DNA of 63,607 nucleotides, the filler included, from Octopus bimaculoides (lineage: Eukaryota), in the NCBI RefSeq assembly GCF_001194135.2. It is 7 parts of 5 records of this genome, joined end to end, with 100 filler letters (N's around TTAATTAATTAA, not from the genome) between each part and the next. Parts side by side here need not be neighbours in the genome. Positions count along the whole stretch, not along the records: positions 9,915 to 31,096 come from NC_068981.1; 6 more parts are not named here. The stretch is one strand, 5' to 3'. Positions 11,651-24,740 of the stretch are shown in pieces. The translations under genes were made by a program, and so were the position numbers. The stretch's first letter is position 1. The number at the start of each line of letters is the position of its first letter. Under the pieces are notes generated by a model. It had not been told where the DNA came from, did not search any database, and saw nothing but the letters and a program-made list of their open reading frames with translations.

Positions 11651-12419
11651 TGCCAGCATGGCTGTAAAGTTAAGAAGCGCGCTTCGCAACCACGTGGTGT
11701 CGATACAGTCCCACTGCGAGACACCATAGGTAACTGTCTTCTACTATGGCCCTGCATTTGCCCATGTGTTGTGTGCAAATTTGGTTGGCGCAAATTGTGT
11801 GGAAGCGGCCCGTGTGTGTGTGTGTGTGCTTGTGTGCTTGTGTGTTTCTATGAGCGTGTATGTGTGTTTGTGCGTATGTGTATGTGAGTGCATCAGCGCA
11901 TGTGTATTTGTGCTTGTGTATATATGCCTTTACATTTGAATTTCTCCCTCACTTGACAACTAATGTTGGTTTGTTTATGTTCTGCCAAGTGTTCGACAGA
12001 AGAAGATTGTATCATGTAAGATTGGATTATGTGTATAAAATGCAATCAAAGAATCGGCATTTAGTTTTGTCCTTATTGTGATATACAGTGGCCCGGGAAC
12101 AAAATTTGCTGAGGGGGTGCAAACGCAGGTCCAAACTTTTTACAAACAAGGCCAATTTGTTTTTGTATCTTTATAGCAAAACAAACACAGGTATAATATT
12201 TTTTTATTATTATACATGGAAAAGTAATGCTTCAAATCACTGCAAAAATTTCTCTATACTCGCTTGTTTTAGCAATGAAGTTTTCCAAGAGGTTGTCTAA
12301 AGTCTTTTCATTGCACAAGATTTTATGTACATGCATTACAGCACTGTGTCTCAAACGATGTTGTAGCATAATTTTGAGTCCAGTTCAATGTTTTGGCAAC
12401 AAAAAACATCCAGAATAAT

Positions 12420-13135
12420 ATAGGTAATTTTTTTTCTTTATAACTTGCTTTAAGTAAAGCAGAATTATAAAATTCGGCTTTTTCGTTGAAGATATCAACA
12501 TTGGCAGATAATCTAGAAAGTCGAAGTGAAATATTTCCAATTAAATTCCTTGTAATAGTCTTTGAATGATTACTGAAAGAGCTAATATATTTTAAATTAG
12601 TTGAGGGTTTATGATATGGGAAATATTAATCATTATATAAGTTAAGGGTAATATCTAAAAAGTTGGCTTTAGTTATATCATTGTCGAAAACAATGCTTAA
12701 GCCCATGTTTCGGAAAAATTTAACCAACTTATTTTTAAACCTTTGTAATTTTTGGTTAGAAGCATTTTGAAGGTAGAGTAAACAATCGTCACGATATAGA
12801 CTGCCATTGATGTTTTGGAATTGGTCAACCATCTCATAAAGATACATATACCAACCAAATCAGCGATTTGTGCTGAATCAGAACTTCCTATCATGACATC
12901 AAAACTTCAGGCGTATCTTTGCGGACCCACAGCTTGTTTTCAAATTTAATGATTGATTTTCTGGCGGCTAAGATGACATTAATTTCATCTCTGGTGACAC
13001 TAGCTTTGTTGTATGCGAACCAGAGTCCCTTGTTAATAGGTTAATAGAAATGTCTAACTGCATAAACTTAGTGCACTTCTTGTTATTAATAGAATTAAAC
13101 CAGTCGACCACTTGGAAGGAATTAGACCATATACA
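12420..13135 (-). mobile_element. Penelope-like element reverse transcriptase fragment
   Basis: Joined frames: WSNSFQVVDWFNSINNKKCTKFMQLDI...ILAARKSIIKFENKLWVRKD..FDVMIGSSDSAQIADLVGI..LYRDDCL...NFLDITLNL..YFPYHKP...YISSFSNHS...RLSRLS. Matches the PLE RT motif order. Confidence 0.9.
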
Positions 13136-13137
13136 TT

Positions 13138-13607
13138 CTGCAAAATAGGGGTAGTTTATCCTGTTCAGGCTATATTATTAGCATTATCCTGCGTTTGAGA
13201 ATTTAAAAATCACTTCTTTAACTTTCTAAGACATCTCAACGCTTCTAAAAGCAAACTTCCTTTGTTTGTTTACGTTTGTCGTAATTTGAATTTAACATAT
13301 GATAGTGTCTCATAAAGCAAGATTTCTATACATCTTAAATTTGCAGAGGAATTTGTAGTGGGGGAGTTTAGCTCAATCGGTCAGAGCATCGTGACGCGTA
13401 ATCACGGAGATGTGAGTTGGAGTCCACAGTTAACCACCTACACTTTTTTCTGCAAAATAGGGGTAATTTATCCTGTTCAGGTTATATTATTAGCATTATC
13501 CTGCGATTGAGAATTTAAAAATCACTTCTTTAACTTTCTAAGACATCTCAACGCTTCTAAAAGCAAACTTCCTTTGTTTGTTTACGTTTGTCGTAATTTG
13601 AATTTAA
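13138..13607. repeat. Direct duplication of ~160 bp (13138-13296 and 13450-13607)
   Basis: ctgcaaaataggggta...gtaatttgaatttaa is present twice with ~4 mismatches; period 312. Confidence 0.92.
13361..13436 (+). pseudogene. tRNA-like sequence (Thr-CGT-like pseudogene or SINE head)
   Basis: D arm GCTC-AATCGGTCA-GAGC; anticodon arm CGTGA-CGCGTAA-TCACG; degenerate T arm GTGAGTTGGAGTCCAC; T6 run at 13444-13449. The acceptor stem does not pair. Confidence 0.5.
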
Positions 13608-13626
13608 TGTATATATATATATATAC

Positions 13627-13990
13627 TTTTATTCTTTTACATGTTTTACTCATTTGACTGTGGCTATGCTGGAGAACCGCCTTAAAGAATTTTAGTCGAA
13701 GAAATCGACCCCAGGATTTATTTTTTGTAAGCCTAGTACTTATTTCTCGGTTTCTTTTGCCAAGCCGCTAAGTTACGGGGACGTTAACATACTAATATCG
13801 GTTGTCAAGCGGTGGTGGTTGGGGGACAAACACAGACACAAAGACACATACATACATATACATACATATATATACGACGAGCTTCTTTCAGTTTCCGTCT
13901 ACCAAATCTACTTGCAAGGCTTTCGTTGGCCCGAGGCTATAGTAGAAGACACGCAGTGTGACTGAACCCGGAACCATGTGGTTGGCATCT
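13627..13990 (-). mobile_element. SINE family A, near full length
   Basis: Reverse-complement match to 35216-35638, including the internal microsatellite. Confidence 0.85.
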
Positions 13991-14174
13991 ATGTGCATTT
14001 ATATAAATACACACACACTCACATACACATTTGTATACAAAATACAGGCACACACACAGACTTCACATTGACTTTCCCATTCTTGTCTTTTTTCTGTATG
14101 TGTGTATGTGTGTATGTATGTATCTATACGGACATACATGTGTAAAAATATCTTTTTGAGTATATGCGAGTGCA

Positions 14175-14214
<40 letters not shown>

Positions 14215-14753
14215 CCAATTTTGCTAAGGAACACACACCAATGAAATGTCAAGGAAGAAAAGGGAGGGGAACAAAAAGCGATATAAAAATGAAAACATTC
14301 CTGAACCTATCACGTGACCTACTCTTAATCGCATTCGGAAAGTGTCCCCCCAGCTGAAAGGCACTACTGGCACCAGTAGCAAAGACTAATTTGGTAAGTG
14401 TACTTCGTTTTACTCTTTCTGAAAGAGACAGCTATACTCTGCTATAAAGTGTCTGTTGATTCGGTGGATATTTTGACAGATTTTTCTGTTTTTTCCTTAG
14501 TTACTTTTCAAGTCTGATTAAAAGCCCTGATGACTGCTTTTGTGTTTGTGTGTGTTTGTGTGTGTGTGTGAATAAGTTTCAGGGCCGCCTTGTTTATTCT
14601 ATGCAACCAGCAGCCATCACTGTCATCATAACTATCATACGGAATATAAGTGGTTTCAATGCCACTAGGGTGTCTCTATTGCTATATGTAGTCGTTCGGC
14701 TTGCTAGAAATACCACCCACACCACACTATGCATGTATGTGTATACATATATC

Positions 14754-14802
<49 letters not shown>

Positions 14803-14814
14803 ATGTATGTATGT

Positions 14815-14846
<32 letters not shown>

Positions 14847-15189
14847 GCTGACAGACAGACGCACGCACACGCACACACACACGCACACACACACAGACGG
14901 ACACACAGACAGACTCACAAATAGATAGATAGATAGATTGATTGATTGATTGATTAATTGAAAGAGACACAAAACATTCGCACATATCACGCATATACAG
15001 AGATATGTATGTGTCCATTGTACTCTTAGTATCCGAGGTGTGTAGGCATGGGTGTGTGAGTGAGATTGAGTGCAAGCATGTGCTGTTTTGTCTGAATGCA
15101 ACCTTGCTTGTGTTAAATGCTTTTACGTACAATTTGTGTCCTAAATCTACGTGTATTTGCAAGTATTTTGTGATATACAAAAGTGTGTT

Positions 15190-15405
15190 TAAGGCGGCGA
15201 GCTGGCAGAATCGTTAGCAACGACGGGCAAAATACTTAGTAGTATTTCGTCTGTCTTCGTGTTCTGAGTTCAAATACCGACGGGGTCGACTTTGCCTTTC
15301 ATCCTTTCGCGATCGATATAAGTACCAGTTGAACTCTGAGATCGATGTAATCGACTTACTCACTCCCCAAAATTGCTGGCTTTGTGTCGAAAGTTAAAAC
15401 CAATA
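15190..15405 (+). mobile_element. SINE family B, tail type ii
   Basis: aaggcggcgagctggcagaatcgttagc...gtcgactttgcctttcatcc...aaattgctggctttgtg. Confidence 0.85.
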
Positions 15406-15416
15406 TACAAAAGTGA

Positions 15417-15456
<40 letters not shown>

Positions 15457-15580
15457 ACAGATAATATGGGTGGCTTATTAGCAATTTAACAGCATAAAGT
15501 AATTAAGATAATGCTATTGAGTTGTTTTGACTCTTATTTCTAGCAATGCTGGTACTACTTAGCACCCTCTATCACTTTAG

Positions 15581-15623
<43 letters not shown>

Positions 15624-16052
15624 NNNNNNNNNNNNNNNNNNNNNNNNNNNNNNNNNNNNNNNNNNNNNNNNNNNNNNNNNNNNNNNNNNNNNNNNNNNNN
15701 NNNNNNNNNNNNNNNNNNNNNNNNNNNNNNNNNNNNNNNNNNNNNNNNNNNNNNNNNNNNNNNNNNNNNNNNNNNNNNNNNNNNNNNNNNNNNNNNNNNN
15801 NNNNNNNNNNNNNNNNNNNNNNNNNNNNNNNNNNNNNNNNNNNNNNNNNNNNNNNNNNNNNNNNNNNNNNNNNNNNNNNNNNNNNNNNNNNNGTTGGCGA
15901 TAAGTGACAATGAACGAAACTCTCGGACCTTGAGTCACTCTGTTACTTCTGCTAAATATCAATATATATATATATATGTATATATATTTACGCACATATG
16001 TATTTACAAATATATGTTTATATACATACATTCACTTATTTGCACACAGGCC

Positions 16053-16118
<66 letters not shown>

Positions 16119-16401
16119 TACGGCCCTACACACGCAAGTATGCACGCACACATGCACTCACATGTGAGTGGTGGTTTGGCAAAGAGTGATATAAACAAAG
16201 CCGTATTAATCAAGTGAATTTTAGATTTCTTTTTTCCTGTACCTTCTTTTAACCAATCATACAGCTGTTTATGAATCTATTTCTCTTCTTTCTCCTCGTC
16301 TTTCTTTTCCCCTTTCCCTCTCTTCTCTTTCTCTCCTTCTCTTTTCGGGTAGAATTCGGTTGCCGGAAACAGTGCAGTAGTCTGTCACTTGTGCTTGTAC
16401 A

Positions 16402-16439
<38 letters not shown>

Positions 16440-16721
16440 TAACGTGCACAAATAACGTGTGTGTGTGTTTGTGTGCATATGTGTGTATGTGTGTACGTGA
16501 GTGTGTTTGTATATATTGTATATATGTATGTATATGTACCAGGATCGTATTCAGATCCCTAGAGACCCTAAGCCCTTAAAAGATTTTGGTGCCCTTATAT
16601 AAATGTTATTGAAAATATTAACCACAATAAACCATAAAATAATATTTTTATTTTTCAAAATGTAACAAAACTAACAGTAAGATGGAAAATAATGCTTATC
16701 TTTCCATACTCCCGTTTTGTT

Positions 16722-16930
16722 TTGTTCTTACTTGTTTCAGTCATTTGACTGCGGCCATGCTGGAGCACCGCCTTTAGTCGAAGAAATAGACCCCAGGACT
16801 TATTCATTGTAAGCCTGGTGCTTATTCTATCGTTCTCTTTCGCCGTACCGCTAGCTTACGGGGACGTAAACATACCCAACATTGGATGTTAAGCGTTGGC
16901 GTGGGTGGGACAAACACAGACACACACATA
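16722..16930 (-). mobile_element. SINE family A, 3' half
   Basis: tacttgtttcagtcatttgactgcggccatgctggagcaccgcc...ggacaaacacagac. Confidence 0.85.
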
Positions 16931-17683
16931 CGCACATATATATGTATGTACATACATATATATATATGTACATACGTATATATACATATATGTACATATT
17001 TATATGTACATACATATATGTATATATATATATATATATATNNNNNNNNNNNNNNNNNNNNNNNNNNNNNNNNNNNNNNNNNNNNNNNNNNNNNNNNNNN
17101 NNNNNNNNNNNNNNNNNNNNNNNNNNNNNNNNNNNNNNNNNNNNNNNNNNNNNNNNNNNNNNNNNNNNNNNNNNNNNNNNNNNNNNNNNNNNNNNNNNNN
17201 NNNNNNNNNNNNNNNNNNNNNNNNNNNNNNNNNNNNNNNNNNNNNNNNNNNNNNNNNNNNNNNNNNNNNNNNNNNNNNNNNNNNNNNNNNNNNNNNNNNN
17301 NNNNNNNNNNNNNNNNNNNNNNNNNNNNNNNNNNNNNNNNNNNNNNNNNNNNNNNNNNNNNNNNNNNNNNNNNNNNNNNNNNNNNNNNNNNNNNNNNNNN
17401 NNNNNNNNNNNNNNNNNNNNNNNNNNNNNNNNNNNNNNNNNNNNNNNNNNNNNNNNNNNNNNNNNNNNNNNNNCATAACACATCTGCTACCTTACTTACG
17501 TCATCCCGAATATTATTTTAGCAAGTTTAATGTGATTTCTTTTGTGCAGTAAATCATTTACCATTTCTATGGTGCCTCCCGTTCCCTTGATGCCCTACGC
17601 ACGTGCTTATTTTACCTAATGGTTAATCCAGCTCTGATATACATACATACATACATACATACATACATACATACATACATACA

Positions 17684-18560
17684 TACGAGGGGTGTTCATT
17701 AAATATTTTCCTTGACCCACTTCCCAAAGACTGGGATAAACATAACTTGGCATAATTATTAGCCCTTCTCTACATAGCCACTACCAATGGTGACACTTCT
17801 CCCATCGTTTTATGCATTTGTAAAGACCTCGTCTGTAGAAGTTGGCAGGTTGCGTCTGGAACCAAGACTTTACCTCGGAAAATAAGTTCACCATCATCCT
17901 AAAAGTGCTTCCCTTTCAAAAACGACTTCGTGATTGGAAAGGAGTGAAAGTCAGATGGTGCGAGGTCGGGAGAATAAGGAGGATGAGGAAGGATTTCATA
18001 GCCGCAGGAGTGCTCTTTCATTTGAGCAACATGTGCATTGTGAACTGGGACTCGTCTTGGAGGAGGCAGACTCCTTTGTTCAGCATGCCACGGCTCTCTG
18101 TTTTGATGGTGTCCCGCAATTTCTGCAGCAGAGAAGTATAATATGTCCCGTTAATTTTGGTACCCTTGGCCAAAAAATCCATCATCACTACTCCGCACTG
18201 GTCACAAAAGATTATGAGCATCACCTTGCCTGCAAAGGGTTAGTCTCAGGATCATAGTGATGGACCCATGTTTCATCCTGTGTGATAAGTCTGCCGAAAA
18301 AGTCCTCCTCGTTTTCTTGGCACATTGCCAAAAGAGCTTGGGAATAATTGACATGTTTCTGCTTCTGAAAAGGTGTGAGCATCCCAGGAATCCATCGTGC
18401 AGACAACTTCCGCATATGCAAATGGTCGTGAAGGATTTTTTCCACGGACCCTACACTTCTCTTCACTTCTTAGGCTAGTTGCCGAATTGTTGTGCGCGGT
18501 CCTCCAAAATGGCGGCTTCCATTTTATGGATGGTCTCGTCATCAATGGCGGAAGGTGGTC
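17684..18560 (-). mobile_element. Mariner transposon (decayed; runs into a gap)
   Basis: TIR tacgagggg... at 17684. Transposase pieces MRKLSARWIPGMLT (WVPxxL), LITQDETWVHHYDPET and KGTKINGTYYTSLLQKLR. Confidence 0.92.
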
Positions 18561-19132
18561 NNNNNNNNNNNNNNNNNNNNNNNNNNNNNNNNNNNNNNNN
18601 NNNNNNNNNNNNNNNNNNNNNNNNNNNNNNNNNNNNNNNNNNNNNNNNNNNNNNNNNNNNNNNNNNNNNNNNNNNNNNNNNNNNNNNNNNNNNNNNNNNN
18701 NNNNNNNNNNNNNNNNNNNNNNNNNNNNNNNNNNNNNNNNNNNNNNNNNNNNNNNNNNNNNNNNNNNNNNNNNNNNNNNNNNNNNNNNNNNNNNNNNNNN
18801 NNNNNNNNNNNNNNNNNNNNNNNNNNNNNNNNNNNNNNNNNNNNNNNNNNNNNNNNNNNNNNNNNNNNNNNNNNNNNNNNNNNNNNNNNNNNNNNNNNNN
18901 NNNNNNNNNNNNNNNNNNNNNNNNNNNNNNNNNNNNNNNNNNNNNNNNNNNNNNNNNNNNNNNNNNNNNNNNNNNNNNNNNNNNNNNNNNNNNNNNNNNN
19001 NNNNNNNNNNNNNNNNNNNNNNNNNNNNNNNNNNNNNNNNNNNNNNNNNNNNNNNNNNNNNNNNNNNNNNNNNNNNNNNNNNNNNNNNNNNNNNNNNNNN
19101 NNNNNNNNNNNNNNNNNNNNNNNNNNNNNNNN

Positions 19133-19165
<33 letters not shown>

Positions 19166-19596
19166 GTCGGTAGTGAAGATGAATTTTCTGGCGTTCTCTC
19201 ACCTGAAATACCTGCTCGTTAAATTAGCATGCAAATGGCTGAGTAATTCCGAGGTACATGTAACCACCAAATAGAATATACGAGACACAAAATATGATAA
19301 ACGGTAGAACATTGAATTGCAGGTACTTTCCATCTGACGAGCCTTCACACAGTTTCTGTTAACCCAATTTGACACACAAATCATGGGTCAAAACGTGATT
19401 ATGGTAAGATACTATGCAGTGGGGATCGAACCCGGTATCTCATGCTTGCAAAGCGAAGTTCTTAAATTCTTAACCACCCGGGCATATCGAGCCCCTCCGT
19501 AAAAATAAAAATACGTAACTGCCGCCAGTGAGATTTGAACCCAGAACGTAAAGTAATATAATTTAATATTATAAGTTATATTATAAGTTATTTTGC

Positions 19597-21060
19597 AAGA
19601 TGGCGAACTGGTAGAGCCGTTAGCACGCCGTGCAAAATGCTTATTGGCATTTCGTCAATCTTTACATTCTGAGTTCAAATTCCATCGAGGTCAACTTTGT
19701 AATTCATTCTTTCGAGGTCGATAAAATAAGTGCCATTTGAATTCTGAGGTCGCTGTAATCGACTTACCCCTTCCTCCGAAATTTCTGGTCTTGTGCGAAA
19801 ACTTGAAATCAATATTATATGCTACTTTGTAAAAGGGTGAGCTGGCAGAATCGTTAACTCACCGGGCAAAATGCTTATCGACATTTCGTCCGTCTTTACG
19901 CTCCGAGTTCAAATTACACTAAAGTCAGCTTGATCTTTCATTCTTTCGAGGTCGATAAAATAAGTACCAGCTGAAAGGCAGCGAGCTGGTAGAAACGTTA
20001 GCGCGCCGGGCAAAATGCTTAGCGGTATTTCGTCTGCCGTTACGTTCTGAGTTCAAATTCCGCCGAGGTCGACTTTGCCTTTCAACCTTTCGGGGTCGAT
20101 AAATTAAGTACTAGTTACGCACTGGGGTCGATNNNNNNNNNNNNNNNNNNNNNNNNNNNNNNNNNNNNNNNNNNNNNNNNNNNNNNNNNNNNNNNNNNNN
20201 NNNNNNNNNNNNNNNNNNNNNNNNNNNNNNNNNNNNNNNNNNNNNNNNNNNNNNNNNNNNNNNNNNNNNNNNNNNNNNNNNNNNNNNNNNNNNNNNNNNN
20301 NNNNNNNNNNNNNNNNNNNNNNNNNNNNNNNNNNNNNNNNNNNNNNNNNNNNNNNNNNNNNNNNNNNNNNNNNNNNNNNNNNNNNNNNNNNNNNNNNNNN
20401 NNNNNNNNNNNNNNNNNNNNNNNNNNNNNNNNNNNNNNNNNNNNNNNNNNNNNNNNNNNNNNNNNNNNNNNNNNNNNNNNNNNNNNNNNNNNNNNNNNNN
20501 NNNNNNNNNNNNNNNNNNNNNNNNNNNNNNNNNNNNNNNNNNNNNNNNNNNNNNNNNNNNNNNNNNNNNNNNNNNNNNNNNNNNNNNNNNNNNNNNNNNN
20601 NNNNNNNNNNNNNNNNNNNNNNNNNNNNNNNNNNNNNNNNNNNNNNNNNNNNNNNNNNNNNNNNNNNNNNNNNNNNNNNNNNNNNNNNNNNNNNNNNNNN
20701 NNNNNNNNNNNNNNNNNNNNNNNNNNNNNNNNNNNNNNNNNNNNNNNNNNNNNNNNNNNNNNNNNNNNNNNNNNNNNNNNNNNNNNNNNNNNNNNNNNNN
20801 NNNNNNNNNNNNNNNNNNNNNNNNNNNNNNNNNNNCCCTTGTGGGCAATAAAGAAATAAAATAAGTACCAGCTGAGCACTGGGGTCAATGTAATTGACTT
20901 AATCCCTTTGTCTGTCCTTGTTTGTCTCCTCCATGTTTAGCCCCTTGTGGGCAATAAAGAAATAAAATAAGTACCAGCTGAGCACTGGGGTCAATGTAAT
21001 TGACTTAATCTCCCCACCACCATAAATTGCTGGTTTTGTGCCAAAATTTGGAACCAGTTT
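19597..21060 (+). mobile_element. Head-to-tail cluster of SINE family B copies spanning a gap
   Basis: Heads at ~19597, ~19834 and ~19976; duplicated core/tail at 20837-21060. Confidence 0.8.
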
Positions 21061-21434
21061 TATAAGCATTTTTTGTTTGTCTCTTTACTGGAGAAGCAGT
21101 AGAATGCTCGATAAGGTGGTTTCGACGGTATTTATCTTTCTTTTATCTATCTCTGCCCAAAAGACCGACCAGAGTACTCCTCTCACCTTCCCTCCCATTC
21201 TCTCTTTCTGTGTCTTCCTCATGCACAGACGAAACTCGAAATATTAGATCCTTCATTCCTCCTACCAAATGAATTTATCAAACACTTCTCTATATTCTCG
21301 CATGGACTAATTATTGCTGAAGCAGTCCATCACTAGCTTCCTTTGCTTCCGGGATGTTTTCTCTTCATTATTTAGTCTTGTTTTTATTCCTCATCCCCTA
21401 TCCCATAGGAATGAAATTAAAATTCCCTCCTTCC

Positions 21435-21482
<48 letters not shown>

Positions 21483-21669
21483 TTCCCGTTTCGATGTTTC
21501 AATCCTAAAGGAAACTTAACTAAATTTGTAGCAATCTGAAGTATCGCTGTGGGTATTGGAAGCAGGTCGTACACGTGCAGCCTGGCACCATGCATGTGTT
21601 AATAGGAATGCATGATTATTATATGTGAGCGCATGCGGAAAATAGAAGTATAATATGTATTTTGAAGCT

Positions 21670-21880
21670 AAGCCTGAGAACTTGCAGAATTGTTAGAATG
21701 CTTTGCGGTGTTTCGTCTGTCTTTATGTTCTGAGTTCAAATTCTGCCGAGGTCGACTTTGCTTTTCATCCTTATCAGGGTCGATAAAATAAGTACCAGCT
21801 GAGCAGTGGGGGTCTATGTAATCGAGTTACACCCTCCCCGAAATTGCTGGCCTTGTTCCAAAATTTGAAATCAATGTGCA
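21670..21880 (+). mobile_element. SINE family B
   Basis: gagttcaaattctgccgaggtcgactttgcttttcatcc core. Confidence 0.8.
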
Positions 21881-22079
21881 TTTTGAAGGCTTTCATTTCA
21901 TTTTGTATCTTTGATTAGTTCAAAACCGAACACATCTAGTACTATGTATTTTTTTTTAAAAATACATGGTACTGGATGCACGAGGACCAAAAATTGGTTA
22001 TGCCACCAGCCTCTTAGCCAAATTCAGTCAATGGTCAATAATCTGAAAAAGCTACTACTTTGAAGTCACTTTCTCGATC

Positions 22080-22450
22080 ATATAGTCTTGGGTTCAATCC
22101 CACTGTGCAGTACTTTAGGCAAGTGTCTTCTACTATAGACCCTGGTCTACCAAAATTTTGTTAAGGTACACAGAAAGAAGCCTGTCATATGTATATATGC
22201 ATGCGTGTGTGTCTGTATGTGTGCAAGTGTGGTGTATGCGCATATGTGCATGTATAAATCTTTGTGTCTGTGTTTGTCTCTTACCATCGCTTGACGGCCA
22301 ATGTTGTCTTATTTATGCTTTTGTACCTTAGCGATAAACTAAGTGCTAAGTTTAAAAGTAAGAACTGAGGTTGATTTCTTCGACGAAACCTTTCAAAGCA
22401 GTGCCTTAGCATGGCCGTAGTCCAATGATTGAAACAAGTAAAAAGTAAAA
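22080..22450 (+). mobile_element. SINE family A, diverged
   Basis: ggttcaatcccactg...ggcaagtgtcttctactatag...gcatggccgtagtccaatgattgaaacaagtaaaaag. Confidence 0.75.
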
Positions 22451-22979
22451 GGTAAATGAATGTATGTGTGTGGAAATAGTATATACTGTGCATGTGGGTG
22501 TAAACGCAATGATTAATTTTGAATCGAGAATTTTGAAGGTGATCCATTTTTTTTAAAGATACAAAAACAAAGCGCTGTAGAAATAACTGACATCTTGAAA
22601 TAATTCAATTGCAGCAAACATTTTAAAAATCTGATACAAAAATCATATTTTGTTTCTATTTGTTTTTTCATTCATTTATGTCTGTTAATTTAATTCAAAT
22701 TTGCGCGAAATCCTTCCATTACGTTCAAGTTATTAAACGGCGTTATTCTTTTAATTAGGTGGTTTCAGGTTTCTCTCTTTACTTTACGTTTCATGTTTCA
22801 TCTCACCGACTATAGGAAATATATACTTGTCATCTTCCAAAAATGGGAGAACGCTTCCATAATATTCAGTAAAATGTCTCAGGTGAGGGTAATAGCTTTG
22901 AAATCATCAAGAGAGAAAATTTGGACATCCCATTAATCCGTATATATATTCAGCATTTCGTTGATTATTATTCAGAAAA

Positions 22980-24740
22980 TATAACCATTTAAATTAGATA
23001 TTCCTTTGGCTGCCGTTTATAAAATACACCAAAATCTGGCATTTCCTTGAATACTGCACGAGAAAATAACTATCAAAATTAAACACTCCATTAACACCTA
23101 TTGAAAAAATAGATGATCACGATTAGATATTATCTTAAATACTAAACATAGAAAAGACCATCAAAATTAGAATCCGGACCTCACACACACACACACACAC
23201 ACACACAACACATGAGCGCAAGCATGGATATGTGATTAAGAAACTCACTTCTCAACGCGTGGTTTCGTGTTCAGTTCCACAGCAGAGCACCTTGCGCGTG
23301 TATCTTTAATAACTCCGGGCCGACCAATACCTCGTGAGTGAATTGAATTTGGTAGACAGAAACTATGTGGAAGCCTGCTGTGTGTGTGTGTGTGTGTGTG
23401 TATGAATCTTTGTGTCTGTACTTGGCCTCCCTTGACAACCGATGTTGTTTTTTAATGTCCCGATAAACCAGCGGTTCAGCAGCAGTGACCGATGTAATAA
23501 GTACCAGTCATTAAAAAAAAATTAAGTACTGGAGTCAATATGTACGATTAATTGCCCCAGCATGGCCGTTGTCTAATGGCTAAAATAAGTAAGAAGTGAA
23601 AAATAAAAGATTCCATTTACTGCCTTTCTTAAAGTAGACTATTAAAACTAGATATTCCATTCACAACTGTTCTTATAATAGATTATCAAAATGAAACATT
23701 CTCTTAATTTTTATACAAACAGTAGACCATCAAAATTATACATTCCATTAACTAGCATTCATAATACAGACCATCAAAATTCGTCAGTTAATTACTTCTA
23801 TAAATTAAATCATGAAAATTAGAAAGCCCATACATTATTATACGAAAAATATATCATTTAAAGAGGGTACACTATAGATTACAATTTATATAATAATCCA
23901 TCTAAATTAGACAAATATTAGACTTCCGTTGCCGATTTGCACTGAAATAATTCATAGAAATTATAATCCATACAATTAAATACTACCTTAGTCATAAATT
24001 AAGTATCTGTTTAAAATCAAAAGTGAATACCACATATACTTCATTGTTTTCTTGATGGATCAAAACTTTTACTCATTCAAAATGTCCATCATAGTCATCT
24101 AAAAAGGAAAGAGTGTGCAAATGATTTTTTTTAATATCTAGTTTGGAGTTCGTCCGTCTATTCGTTCTGAGCTCAAAATCTCCGAGGTCGACTTTGTTTT
24201 TCATCCTTTCGGAGTCGATGAAATAAATACCAGTTTAGAATTGGGGCCGATGCAATCGACTTACCCCTTCCCGGAAATTGCTGGCCTTGTACCAAAATTT
24301 GAAACCAAAATTCAGTTTTGGAGATAAAGGCGACGAGCTGACAGAATCGTTAGAACGCCGAGCAAAATGCTTAGCGATATTTCGTCCCTCTTTACGATCT
24401 GGATTCAAATGCTGCTAAGGTCGACTTTGCCTTTTATCTCAATAAAATAAGTACCAACTGAGTAGTAAAGTCGATGTAGTCAACTGACTGCCCCACCCCT
24501 CCGAAATTTCTGGCATGGAAACAAAATCTGAAACCAATATCTAGTTGGATAAAAGGCAAAGTTGACTTTAGCAGAATTTGAACTTAGAACATATAAAAGT
24601 GGAAAAAATACTCCAAAGCATTTTATCCTATGTTCTAACGATTCTGCTAGCTCACCACTTATATACGTAAAATAAACCATCAAGATTAGACATTCTATTA
24701 ACTATCATTCTTAAAATAGATCATCAAAATTAGATTTTCT
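22980..24740. repeat. Degenerate ~43-bp minisatellite interrupted by SINEs
   Basis: Recurrent (a/g)tagaccatcaaaattagatattccattaac motif, more than 10 diverged copies. Confidence 0.6.
24140..24660. mobile_element. Three family B SINE pieces (two +, one -)
   Basis: Cores at ~24185 and ~24420 (+) and ~24555 (-). Confidence 0.7.

Noticed and set aside
12088-12111. WPG codons as the missing upstream HERC2 exon
   Set aside because: Surrounding translation (PYCDIQWPGNKIC*) has no HERC2 similarity and no donor.
21530-21563. NLKYRCGYWKQ(VV), reminiscent of the CAP GHYTQVVW motif
   Set aside because: Only 34 nt open, weak donor (gtcgta), lacks the conserved His, and no other CAP exons were found nearby.
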